DNA from: a virus
IMG/VR virus record: IMGVR_UViG_3300020183_000039
Coordinates: 1 to 64,000 of that record
Reading direction: 5' to 3' (one strand)
DNA: 64,000 bases
The notes under the pieces were generated by a model that was given only the letters and a program-made list of their open reading frames with translations, had not been told where the DNA came from and did not search any database. Below are positions 1-7,670 of this stretch, piece by piece. A program made the position numbers and the translations under genes. Numbering within the stretch: position 1 is the stretch's first letter; each line of letters opens with the position of its first letter.

Positions 1-78
1 CTTCCTGGCGCCCATGGTGGCGACGCCGATGATGATGCCCGCGAGGGCGGGGTAGAGGGGTTCTAGGAAAGTAGGCAT
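1..78 (-). CDS. N-terminal part of a small membrane protein, truncated by the window edge
   Basis: ATG at 78 preceded by AGGAGG; reads MPTFLEPLYPALAGIIIGVATMGARK with a hydrophobic stretch and runs off the window. Confidence 0.5.
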   Translation of the reverse strand, partial: MPTFLEPLYPALAGIIIGVATMGARK

Positions 79-94
79 GGCGCCCTCCTGCGTG

Positions 95-583
95 TTACTC
101 TGGGAGGCCGGACTTCCCGGCCCTCATACGGTCGCGCACGGTCTTCGGGAGGCCCTGCTCCCAGCCGTGCTCCTTCGCAATGCGGATGATTGCGCGCATC
201 ACCGCGTCCGGGTCCTTGGCGCGGCCCACGGAGGACCAGGCCGCCGACACGTCGCCGGGCGACGCGATCGGGAACGACATGTCCGGGCCGGCGAAACCGC
301 CCTTCATCTTGCCGTCCTGGAGGGCCTTGCGCATGTCGCCGGACCACTCGCGGTGGTTGACACCGTAGGCCTCCTCCTGGTAGTTGACCCGGTTCTGGCG
401 GGACTGCTCCATCCGGGCGCGCTTGCGGCCCATGATCTCGCGCATCACGTCGTCGCCGACGACGTAGTTGTCGCGGTCCTTGGGGATGAGGGCCTCGACC
501 CTCTCGCGGCGCTCCTTGTTCTTCTTGAGCAGGTCGCCGACGGGGATCACCTGCCCCACCAGCGTGTCAGTTAGGTTCATCAT
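95..583 (-). CDS. Putative head-associated protein with a DUF6582-like domain
   Basis: C-terminal SFPIASPGDVSAAWSSVGRAKDPDAVMRAIIRIAKEHG resembles a small domain found in phage head-morphogenesis proteins. Confidence 0.55.
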   Translation of the reverse strand: MMNLTDTLVGQVIPVGDLLKKNKERRERVEALIPKDRDNYVVGDDVMREIMGRKRARMEQSRQNRVNYQEEAYGVNHREWSGDMRKALQDGKMKGGFAGPDMSFPIASPGDVSAAWSSVGRAKDPDAVMRAIIRIAKEHGWEQGLPKTVRDRMRAGKSGLPE

Positions 584-1343
584 CAGAGGGGTCCTCCTCC
601 TCGGTTTCGTCTTCGGTTACGTCGGGCTCGGTTTCCTCCTCTTCGCCCTGGGTTTCCTCGGGCGCGTAGTCCTCGTCCTCCTCCTCCTCCTCCTCCTCTT
701 CCTCGCCGTCTTCGGTCAGCGCCGCCAGCTCGGCCTTGAGCTCGGCGATCCTGGCCGCGATGTCGTCGGCGTCGGGCTCGGGCTCCGGCTCGCCGTCGCC
801 ATCGGGTTCCTCGCTTTCGTCCTCTTCTTCCTCGTCGTCCGCGGGGCCGAGCAGCTCGTCGAGCATCGCGTCGATCTCCTCGTCGGTCGTGTCCTCGTCG
901 ATGCCCTCGAGCATCCGCTGGACCAGCGCGTCAAACTCCGGGTCGGCGTCGTCGTCCCCGTCATCGCCGGGGTCGGCTTCCCCCTCGCCGTCGATCTCGG
1001 CGAGCACCTCGTCGATCATGGCGTCGAGCTCCTCGTCGGACATGTCCGACAGCTCGAGTTCGTCGTCGTCGGCCGGGAGGTTGCCCTCGCTGTCGCGGAG
1101 CGCGGCCAGCAGGTCCTGCTGCTTCTGCTCGACGTCCTGCCTCTCGCCGCGCCCGTCGGGGTACTGCCAGAGGCCGGTCTTGTCGAGCCACGCGGACCGC
1201 ACCGGTGCGGTCTCGACGCCGAGCGTGTCGGAGCCGACCTTGACGCCCTGCTCCTCCGTCTCCTCGGCCTTCTGCAGCTGGGCGGCGTAGGCCTGCTGGA
1301 GCTGCTCGTAGGCCTCCTGGGAGAAGCTTCCGAATCCGGACAT
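567..1343 (-). CDS. Very acidic low-complexity protein with a GFGSFSQEA leader
   Basis: 258 aa, D/E-rich with poly-E tracts and repeated E(L/I/F)DA(M/L)xxExL helices; GGGTAA motif 30 nt upstream. Confidence 0.7.
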   Translation of the reverse strand: MSGFGSFSQEAYEQLQQAYAAQLQKAEETEEQGVKVGSDTLGVETAPVRSAWLDKTGLWQYPDGRGERQDVEQKQQDLLAALRDSEGNLPADDDELELSDMSDEELDAMIDEVLAEIDGEGEADPGDDGDDDADPEFDALVQRMLEGIDEDTTDEEIDAMLDELLGPADDEEEEDESEEPDGDGEPEPEPDADDIAARIAELKAELAALTEDGEEEEEEEEEDEDYAPEETQGEEEETEPDVTEDETEEEDPSDDEPN

Positions 1344-1373
1344 GTTGTTTCCGTGGGTTGGTACCCACGTGTC

Positions 1374-1997
1374 TTACCCGCCCAGCTCCTTGATCTGGTC
1401 CATGATAGCCTGGCGCCCGGCCTCGTTGACCTGGCCCTCGAGCGCCCTCTCCAGGCCCTCGATCCGGCTGGCGTTGCCGCCGCCGCCGGCGCGGGACCCG
1501 CCGCCGCGCCCCTGGCGTTTTGGCTTCGCGGGCTTAGGCCCTACCTTCTTCTCGCCGGCCACGGAGCCCCACTCGACCATGATCGGCTTGCCACCCTGGA
1601 TCGCCCAGCCGTATGCCTTACCGTCGATCACGACCTTCTTGTTGTTGGTCGGGTCGGAGCCCTGCGACTTGGCAGCCTTCTCGAGCTTCTCCTCCATGGG
1701 GGACTTGGGCTGCTCCTTCGGCTTCGGCTGCTGGCCTGCGGCCGCCGGCTGCCCGGGCTGCTGCGCCTGGGGCTGCGACGGCGCCGCGCCCTGCTGGGCG
1801 GGCTGTGCGGCCGGGGCCTCCCCGATCTTGCGGCAGACGCCGAAGGTCATCTTCTCCCCGGGCCCGCACTCGGCGAAGTCGCTCTGCGCCCACTCCTTCT
1901 CGACCATCGCCTCGAGGTAGCGGATGATCGCGTCCGGCCTATAGCCGTTCGACTCCAGGTAGTCGACGACGCGCTGCTCTGGTGCTCTGTCTGTCAT
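1374..1997 (-). CDS. Array member with a divergent paired-Cys leader, unknown C-terminal domain
   Basis: DFAECGPGEKMTFGVCRKIG followed by a Q/A/P-rich linker. Confidence 0.7.
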   Translation of the reverse strand: MTDRAPEQRVVDYLESNGYRPDAIIRYLEAMVEKEWAQSDFAECGPGEKMTFGVCRKIGEAPAAQPAQQGAAPSQPQAQQPGQPAAAGQQPKPKEQPKSPMEEKLEKAAKSQGSDPTNNKKVVIDGKAYGWAIQGGKPIMVEWGSVAGEKKVGPKPAKPKRQGRGGGSRAGGGGNASRIEGLERALEGQVNEAGRQAIMDQIKELGG

Positions 1998-2149
1998 AGG
2001 TAGGCTGCCGCCAAAAATTCGTCGTCGGATACCTTGCCGCGCTCTGCGAGCTGCTCGGCTAGTGTGAGGAGCCGCTCGGCCTCCGCCTCGTCGCCCTTGA
2101 ACAGGGCGGCCTTGCGCTTGGTCATCAGCTCCACGTACTTGCTGGCCAT
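1994..2149 (-). CDS. Small helical partner protein of kinase effector 1 (candidate inhibitor/immunity protein); not in the ORF track
   Basis: Hand-translated 51 aa MASKYVELMTKRKAALFKGDEAEAERLLTLAEQLAERGKVSDDEFLAAAYL; stop overlaps the next ATG (ATGA); paralogous to 5892..6044. Confidence 0.75.
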   Translation of the reverse strand: MASKYVELMTKRKAALFKGDEAEAERLLTLAEQLAERGKVSDDEFLAAAYL

Positions 2150-2179
2150 GGTGTGTGTGGTGTCGGTGCTCTTCGTGGT

Positions 2180-2207
2180 ATTATGCGGGCTAGACGCCGT
2201 CGTACAG
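2180..2207 (-). promoter_or_regulatory. Candidate early-type promoter in front of the small partner gene
   Basis: CTGTAC-N16-CATAAT, the same 16-nt spacing as the GTTTAC-N16-TATAAT promoters of the early region. Confidence 0.4.
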
Positions 2208-4550
2208 CATCTCGACGTACGCTTTGGCGGCCGTCTCCGACATGCCGTCGAGGACCCGGTCGATGTGCTCCGGCTTGTTCCGGATGCCCATGCCGCGCAT
2301 GCGGTTGGTGTCGATGTCGAGCTCCTCGAGCGCGCGGTTGACCCTCTCCTGGTTGCGGCGGAAGCGGTAGTAGGCCGGGGCCTCGCCGCCGCTCGCCTTG
2401 TAGCGGCCGATGAACCGCTCGGACTGCCAGTCGCCCTGGTTCGTGCCGAAGGCCTCCATGAGGGCGGCCTTGTAGCTGGGCTGCGCCAGGCCGAAGTCGA
2501 TCGCCTGCATGCGGCCGGTCGCCTTGTCGTAGAAGACGTTGTTGCCGTGCATGTCGTTGTGGGCGACGCCGGCCAGGTGGATGTCGCGGCGGGTCCGGAT
2601 GTACTCCTCGAGGACCTTGTTCTTCTCGGCGGCCGAGCGGGGGTTGTACTGGCCGACCGGGACGCCCTTGGCCTCGCCGATGCCGAGGTAGCCCTGGCCC
2701 TCCTTCACGTGGCCGCCATAGCCGGCGCCGACAACGCGCATGTTCGGACTGACGACTGCCCCGTGGAACTCGGGGACGCGGCCGGTGCTCTGGAGCTTCT
2801 GCCACACCTCGGCCTCGTGCTCTCCGATCTTGCCCTGCTTGATGACGCCGGGCGGCGGGCCGTCGGTGCGGTAGGCAGCGCCGAACGCTCCTTTGGCCAG
2901 CAGCCGATTGTTGGTCTGGCCGTAGGTAGCGATCGGATCGTAGTCTTTTACCGCCCGGTCGAGCTTCCAGCCGGCCTTCACGGCTGTGGCGGTCGTCATA
3001 CCAGCAGTGACCTTCACGGGGCCGGCGGGTGTCACCCCGCGGCCGCCGAGCTCCTCCTCGATCTTCCGGCGCTGGGCCGCGCCGAGGTCCCCGCGGCGGA
3101 GCACCGCCTGCAGCTTGTCGGTCGGCTGAGCGAGGAACTTCTGGTTGATTTGCTTTGGCTTGGCCGAGGCTATCTCGGGCTGGGCGGCGAGCTTTGCATT
3201 CTTCTCCCGTAGCTTCTGACCAAGCTCGCGCCGGGCCTCCCTGCCAGCCGACCCCGGCTGCGCCGCGCGCTTCATCAGGACGGCGGTGCTGGCGTCCTTC
3301 GCCCCCGCCTTGACTGGCGCGACGCCGGCCTCGATGTCCATGCGCTTGCGGATCAGGCCCTTCTCGAGGCTGTCGAGGAACGCCTTCTGGTCCGGCTTCT
3401 GGTACGCCGGCTCGTTGCGCCTGCGTCTGATTGCCTCAATCTGCCTGTTGACATCCTCGATGGCCGCCTTGCGCGCCTGCGCGTCGCGCGGCTTCGCGGC
3501 CGGTTTGGGCTCGGCGCCCCTGCCGCCCTGCTCGCGCCGTTTCAGCTCGGCCTCGATGGCCTTCCGCTGGTAGGCGTAGAGCTTGCGGTTGTCCAGGTAC
3601 TCCTGCAGCTTCTGCGTGGTCTCCTTCTTCAGGAACCGCTTGTTGACCTGCATCGAGGGCTTTTCCTGGGCCGCCTTCGCGGGCTTCTTGGTCTCCTTGA
3701 CCGGCGCGGCTGCCTCACCCTTGCGGCGCGCCATCTGCTCGCCCCTGGCCTCGCGATCCTTCCTGAAGCGGGACATGTCCTCGGCCCGTACCCTATCGAA
3801 GGCCTCCTGGGCCCGCTTGATCTGGTCCGGGTCGCGGCCGAGTTTGGCGCGCTCCAGCGCTTTGCGGGCGGCGTCGTAGCGCGGGCCCGCCAGGTAGCGC
3901 TCCTGCTCGAGCCCGCGGACGCGGCGGTCCAGCGTTTCGTTGCCCATGCCGCGGACGCGCCCGACCTCGCTGGCCCTCGCGGCCAGGGCCTCCTCGATCT
4001 TCTTCCTCTGGCCCGCGTTGAGCTGCCGCTCGTCGAGGATCTTCTGGAGTTCGCGCGCGTTGCGAACGTTGAGGAACTTCTCGTTGACGACGCCGGTGAG
4101 CTTCTCCTTCTTGGGCTCGGCGCCCTTGATGGCCTTTGCCGCCTGCTCCGGGGTCTTCACGCCCTTGACGTCGGCGGGCCTCTGCGTCACGCCCATCCGC
4201 TCGTTCAGCCTGCGGACCAGCGACTGTACAGCCTCTGGGCCCTTGACCATCTTGAGACCCTTCTCCTCGCGGAGGCGTTTGTTCTCGTCGAGGATCGACT
4301 CGACCCTCATGCCGGCCGCGCGGCCCTTGTTGTACACGTCGCCCTGGCGGTCGCCCGGGCGGTAGGAGATGGGCGTGCCCTTGCGGCACTGGCCCTGCGT
4401 CCCGTAGACGCTGCCGTCGGGCCGCTGGCAGACCTGCGCGAAGTCGAAGTCCCCGGCGCCGCCGCCCTCCGTGAACTCGGCGAGCAGCGCGTCGCGCACC
4501 TCGCTCTCGAGCGACGGGTCGAAGCCGCCGTGCTGCGTTAGCTTGTCCAT
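2190..4550 (-). CDS. Array effector 1: conserved leader, basic repeats and a C-terminal protein-kinase-like domain
   Basis: Leader DFAQVCQRPDGSVYGTQGQCRKG; kinase motifs LAKGAFGAAY, VIKQG, HEAEV, HNDMHGNN, IDFGLA. Confidence 0.85.
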   Translation of the reverse strand: MDKLTQHGGFDPSLESEVRDALLAEFTEGGGAGDFDFAQVCQRPDGSVYGTQGQCRKGTPISYRPGDRQGDVYNKGRAAGMRVESILDENKRLREEKGLKMVKGPEAVQSLVRRLNERMGVTQRPADVKGVKTPEQAAKAIKGAEPKKEKLTGVVNEKFLNVRNARELQKILDERQLNAGQRKKIEEALAARASEVGRVRGMGNETLDRRVRGLEQERYLAGPRYDAARKALERAKLGRDPDQIKRAQEAFDRVRAEDMSRFRKDREARGEQMARRKGEAAAPVKETKKPAKAAQEKPSMQVNKRFLKKETTQKLQEYLDNRKLYAYQRKAIEAELKRREQGGRGAEPKPAAKPRDAQARKAAIEDVNRQIEAIRRRRNEPAYQKPDQKAFLDSLEKGLIRKRMDIEAGVAPVKAGAKDASTAVLMKRAAQPGSAGREARRELGQKLREKNAKLAAQPEIASAKPKQINQKFLAQPTDKLQAVLRRGDLGAAQRRKIEEELGGRGVTPAGPVKVTAGMTTATAVKAGWKLDRAVKDYDPIATYGQTNNRLLAKGAFGAAYRTDGPPPGVIKQGKIGEHEAEVWQKLQSTGRVPEFHGAVVSPNMRVVGAGYGGHVKEGQGYLGIGEAKGVPVGQYNPRSAAEKNKVLEEYIRTRRDIHLAGVAHNDMHGNNVFYDKATGRMQAIDFGLAQPSYKAALMEAFGTNQGDWQSERFIGRYKASGGEAPAYYRFRRNQERVNRALEELDIDTNRMRGMGIRNKPEHIDRVLDGMSETAAKAYVEMLYDGV

Positions 4551-4551
4551 G

Positions 4552-5892
4552 TCAGCCCTCCCCTCCGGCCGCGTTCAGGATCGCCACCCGCTCCGCGGCC
4601 GTCAGGCCGCTGGTGGGGCCGAAGCGGGCCTCCACGTCCTTCAGGATCTCCGACCGCGGGCGCGAGTCGTTCTTGGAGCTCGCGATCGCCTGGCCGATGC
4701 TCTTGAGGTCGGACTCCTCGAGCTTGAAGCCCCAGCGCATGCGGACGAGCGCCCTGCCCTCGCCCACGGTCGGGTACGCCGTCTGGCCCCTCGACCCGCC
4801 CTTCTTGACCCACGCGGCCCCGGCGCTGCCCTGGACCGACGCCTGCAGCATGTCCTTGATCTCGCCCATCTTCGCCGTGGCCAGCATGTCGCCGATCTGC
4901 TTCTGCGTCATCAGCGGCATGTTCTCCTTGAGCGCCTGGCGGCGCTGGGCCTTCTCGGCCGCCGCCGCGCTGCCGGCGCCCTTGACCCTGGCCACCTCGT
5001 CCGCTGACATCGCGGCGTTCTCCCTGAGCTTCTTGAGCAGCTGCGTGTTGAGGTAGTCCTCCGCCGCCTTACCCGTGAGGCCCTTGGCGCGGACGCCGGC
5101 CTCGATGTTACCCTTCGTCTGGTTCGTGGCGGTGCTCACCCAGATCCAGTTGTTGGGCGAGTCCTTGCCGCCCATCGAGCCCGCCAGCCTGTGGTCGAGC
5201 TGCATGCCTGTGCTCCAGGGCAGGAACTTGCCGTTGACGTCCTTGAAGTCGTTGTCCATGAGAGACTTGAGGACGGCCTTGGCGCGGGCGTCCTTGGGCT
5301 GGTCGCCCCACGCCTCGGCGCGCATGCCGGCCTCGGGGGTCCCCTTGCCGTCGAGCTTGCCGCTCACCTTGCCCCAGGTCTTCTCGGCCTTCATCCTGTC
5401 GATGACAAAATTGACCTCGGCCTCAGAGGTGTCGTGGGGCGGCCTGTAGGTCCGGTCGCCGCCGCTCTCGTAGAACTTGACGTACTTCGCGGCCTCGCCC
5501 GGGTCCTGCAGGGTCACGCCGGCGGCCTGCCTGCCGCCCGAGACCGTCGCGGATAGCGTGTCGACGGTGTTGGATGCCCTCACGGCCTGCTCGACGCTGA
5601 GCTTCTTCTTGACGCCCTCGGCCACGCGGCTGAGCTGCTTGTCGTCGAGCTCCTCGAGCTTCTTCCTGGTCTCGCCGGAGGCGCCGAGGCTGTCGATCAG
5701 CCTCTTGCGCTCGCCGGCATCGAGCCTGCACTCCTTAGCGGACGAGATGAAGCTCTCGCCGCACGGGATACCTGTCCCGGCCTTGGCGAACTCGAGCGAG
5801 CCGGCCGGCTCGGAGTAGCGGAGCGCGAGTACCCCCCTGGCTCTCGTCTCGAGGCTCGGGTTCCAGCCGCCGTGCTGCTTCAGGCGCGCCAT
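4552..5892 (-). CDS. Array effector 2: variant leader and an HNH endonuclease domain
   Basis: N-terminus LKQHGGWNPSLE matches effector 1 (LTQHGGFDPSLE), then RYSE and EFAK-CGESFISSAKECR; HNH motif QLDHRLAGSMGGKDSPNNWIWVSTATNQTKGN. Confidence 0.8.
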   Translation of the reverse strand: MARLKQHGGWNPSLETRARGVLALRYSEPAGSLEFAKAGTGIPCGESFISSAKECRLDAGERKRLIDSLGASGETRKKLEELDDKQLSRVAEGVKKKLSVEQAVRASNTVDTLSATVSGGRQAAGVTLQDPGEAAKYVKFYESGGDRTYRPPHDTSEAEVNFVIDRMKAEKTWGKVSGKLDGKGTPEAGMRAEAWGDQPKDARAKAVLKSLMDNDFKDVNGKFLPWSTGMQLDHRLAGSMGGKDSPNNWIWVSTATNQTKGNIEAGVRAKGLTGKAAEDYLNTQLLKKLRENAAMSADEVARVKGAGSAAAAEKAQRRQALKENMPLMTQKQIGDMLATAKMGEIKDMLQASVQGSAGAAWVKKGGSRGQTAYPTVGEGRALVRMRWGFKLEESDLKSIGQAIASSKNDSRPRSEILKDVEARFGPTSGLTAAERVAILNAAGGEG

Positions 5893-6044
5893 CAGATGTA
5901 GGCCCCCGCGATCATCTCGTCTTCGGACACTTTCTTTGCTTTTACCATCTTGCGGGCCTTCTCGAGCAGCGCCCTGGCGTCGTCGTCGCGCCCGGCGCGG
6001 CGAGCGATCTTGTACTGCTCCATCACCTTGACGTAGTTGCTCAT
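5892..6044 (-). CDS. Small helical partner protein of kinase effector 3 (candidate inhibitor/immunity protein); not in the ORF track
   Basis: Hand-translated 50 aa MSNYVKVMEQYKIARRAGRDDDARALLEKARKMVKAKKVSEDEMIAGAYI; fills the gap between the flanking genes; paralogous to 1994..2149. Confidence 0.75.
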   Translation of the reverse strand: MSNYVKVMEQYKIARRAGRDDDARALLEKARKMVKAKKVSEDEMIAGAYI

Positions 6045-6045
6045 G

Positions 6046-7254
6046 TCACACTCCCTCGTAGAGGCTGTCGATGTACTTTTCGGCCTGCGAGCGCGAGATG
6101 CCCTGGCGGTCGAGCGGCTGGGCCGGGTCGAAGCCGTCGGCCTTCATCTGCTTGGCGACGGCCTCCTGATTCTGCTCGAACCTGGCGAGCATCGGGCCGG
6201 CGTTGGACCTGGGCCCGCTGCCGGACCTCGGGCCGGCCAGGTCCGACAGCATGCTGCCGCTCTTGAAGTCCCCGCTCGAGCCGAGGGTGAGGCCCTCCTG
6301 CAGCGCCGACACCGGCGACGTCTTGGCCATACCGAAGTCGATCAGGCCGCCCTTGCCCGTCGCGCTGTCGTAGAAGAAGTTGCCGTCGTGCTGGTCGCCG
6401 TGGCTCACGCCGCGCTTGTGCATGTCGCGGTTCAGCCGGACCAGCTCGTCCGCCGCCTTGGCTGACGCCTTGCTCGGGCCGTCATACAGCAGGTCGGTAT
6501 CCATGATCGCCCTGCCCCTGGCGAGTTCCATCTCGATGAGGTTGCCCTCGTTGCCCTTGATCTTGGGGACGCCGTCCACGCCCTCGAGCTTCTTCTGGGC
6601 CGCGACCTCCTCGGGCCCGAGCTCGCCCTTCTTGATGACGGTGCCGTCCTCCGTGCGGCGGACCTGCGCGAAGCCGCCCTCGCCCAGGGTCTTGGCGCTC
6701 TCGTACCGGCCGGCCAGCGACCTAGGGTCGCCCCCTCCCGGCTTGACGGCCACGCCCTTCAGGGCCGCCTCCTCGTAGATCTCCTTGGGGCTGTAGTCGA
6801 GGCCGCCGAGCGTCCCGTCGGCCTTCTTCCAGAAGTATTTCCCGTCCTTCTTGACGTAGGTATCGTCGCCGACCTGTACCTCCGAGCCGTCCGGCGCGCC
6901 CTTGAGGCCGTCCATGGACAGTTCGATCTTGGCGGGCTTCGCCGGCTCCTCCTTCTTGGGCGCCTCCTCCTTGGGGGCGGCTGGCGCCGCGGCCGGCTTG
7001 GCGTTGATGGCCCGGAGCTCCTTGATGGCGTCCTCCTTGCTCTTCCGCCCCTCGACCACCTCGAGAGCTATCTGGGCCTTCTTGTTGCCCTTGGCGGCGG
7101 CGTCCCTGAGGATCTTCATCTCGCGCGGGCCGACCTCCTTACCCTTCCTGCACTGGCCGCCGGTCCCGTAGTACGAGCCGTCCGCACGCTGGCACCGCGC
7201 GAAGTCGAGCACCGCGAGGGCGTCCTCCGAAAAGATTAGGTGGGTGCGCTTCAT
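6046..7254 (-). CDS. Array effector 3: conserved leader and a C-terminal protein-kinase-like domain
   Basis: Leader IFSEDALAVLDFARCQRADGSYYGTGGQCRKGK; kinase motifs LGEGGFAQV, VIKKG, EEVAA, HGDQHDGN, IDFGMA. Confidence 0.85.
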   Translation of the reverse strand: MKRTHLIFSEDALAVLDFARCQRADGSYYGTGGQCRKGKEVGPREMKILRDAAAKGNKKAQIALEVVEGRKSKEDAIKELRAINAKPAAAPAAPKEEAPKKEEPAKPAKIELSMDGLKGAPDGSEVQVGDDTYVKKDGKYFWKKADGTLGGLDYSPKEIYEEAALKGVAVKPGGGDPRSLAGRYESAKTLGEGGFAQVRRTEDGTVIKKGELGPEEVAAQKKLEGVDGVPKIKGNEGNLIEMELARGRAIMDTDLLYDGPSKASAKAADELVRLNRDMHKRGVSHGDQHDGNFFYDSATGKGGLIDFGMAKTSPVSALQEGLTLGSSGDFKSGSMLSDLAGPRSGSGPRSNAGPMLARFEQNQEAVAKQMKADGFDPAQPLDRQGISRSQAEKYIDSLYEGV

Positions 7255-7670
7255 TTTTCATCCGCACGGTCCATCTGCGCCTTGACCTTCTCGGCCCAGG
7301 CCCTGCCCGGGTCGCCGCCCCAGAGCAGCCAGGAGATGAGGCTGTTGGACGGGGGGCTCATCGTGTGGTTCTTCTTGTACGCGGAGTGGCGGGCGAAAAA
7401 GCTCACCATGCGCCCTATCGTAGCGGGGGACAGGCTCTGGCGGTTCTTCAGCGACGCGGCGCGCTGGACGCCGGAGCCGACGCCCTCCTCGGCCGCCTGC
7501 TTCGTGCTGAAGCCGCCGCGGCCGGTCTTCTTGCGCAGCTCGAGCCCGCGGGCCGCCGCGTCCGCGACGGACTGGGGCGGGCGGAAGTCGATGTCCCCGT
7601 ACTTCTCGGCCCACTCCGGGTTCTCGGCCCACTCGAGGGCCTCTGGGTTGATGCGTCCGAAGTTGTTCAT
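7251..7670 (-). CDS. Small head-associated-type protein, copy 2 (paralogue of 10176..10592)
   Basis: Likely start is MNNFGRI at 7670, not 8471; PPQSVADAAARGLELR...RMVSFFARH...SWLLWGGDPG.AWA resembles a module seen in phage head-morphogenesis proteins. Confidence 0.75.
   Translation of the reverse strand: MNNFGRINPEALEWAENPEWAEKYGDIDFRPPQSVADAAARGLELRKKTGRGGFSTKQAAEEGVGSGVQRAASLKNRQSLSPATIGRMVSFFARHSAYKKNHTMSPPSNSLISWLLWGGDPGRAWAEKVKAQMDRADEK

Noticed and set aside
660-710. (CTC)n microsatellite
   Set aside because: Simply encodes the poly-Glu tract of 567..1343.
468-2003. Long plus-strand ORFs (also 2034..3212, 37758..39437, 41579..42970, 43289..44995)
   Set aside because: Antisense shadows of strongly codon-biased minus-strand genes in high-GC DNA; no motifs or RBS.
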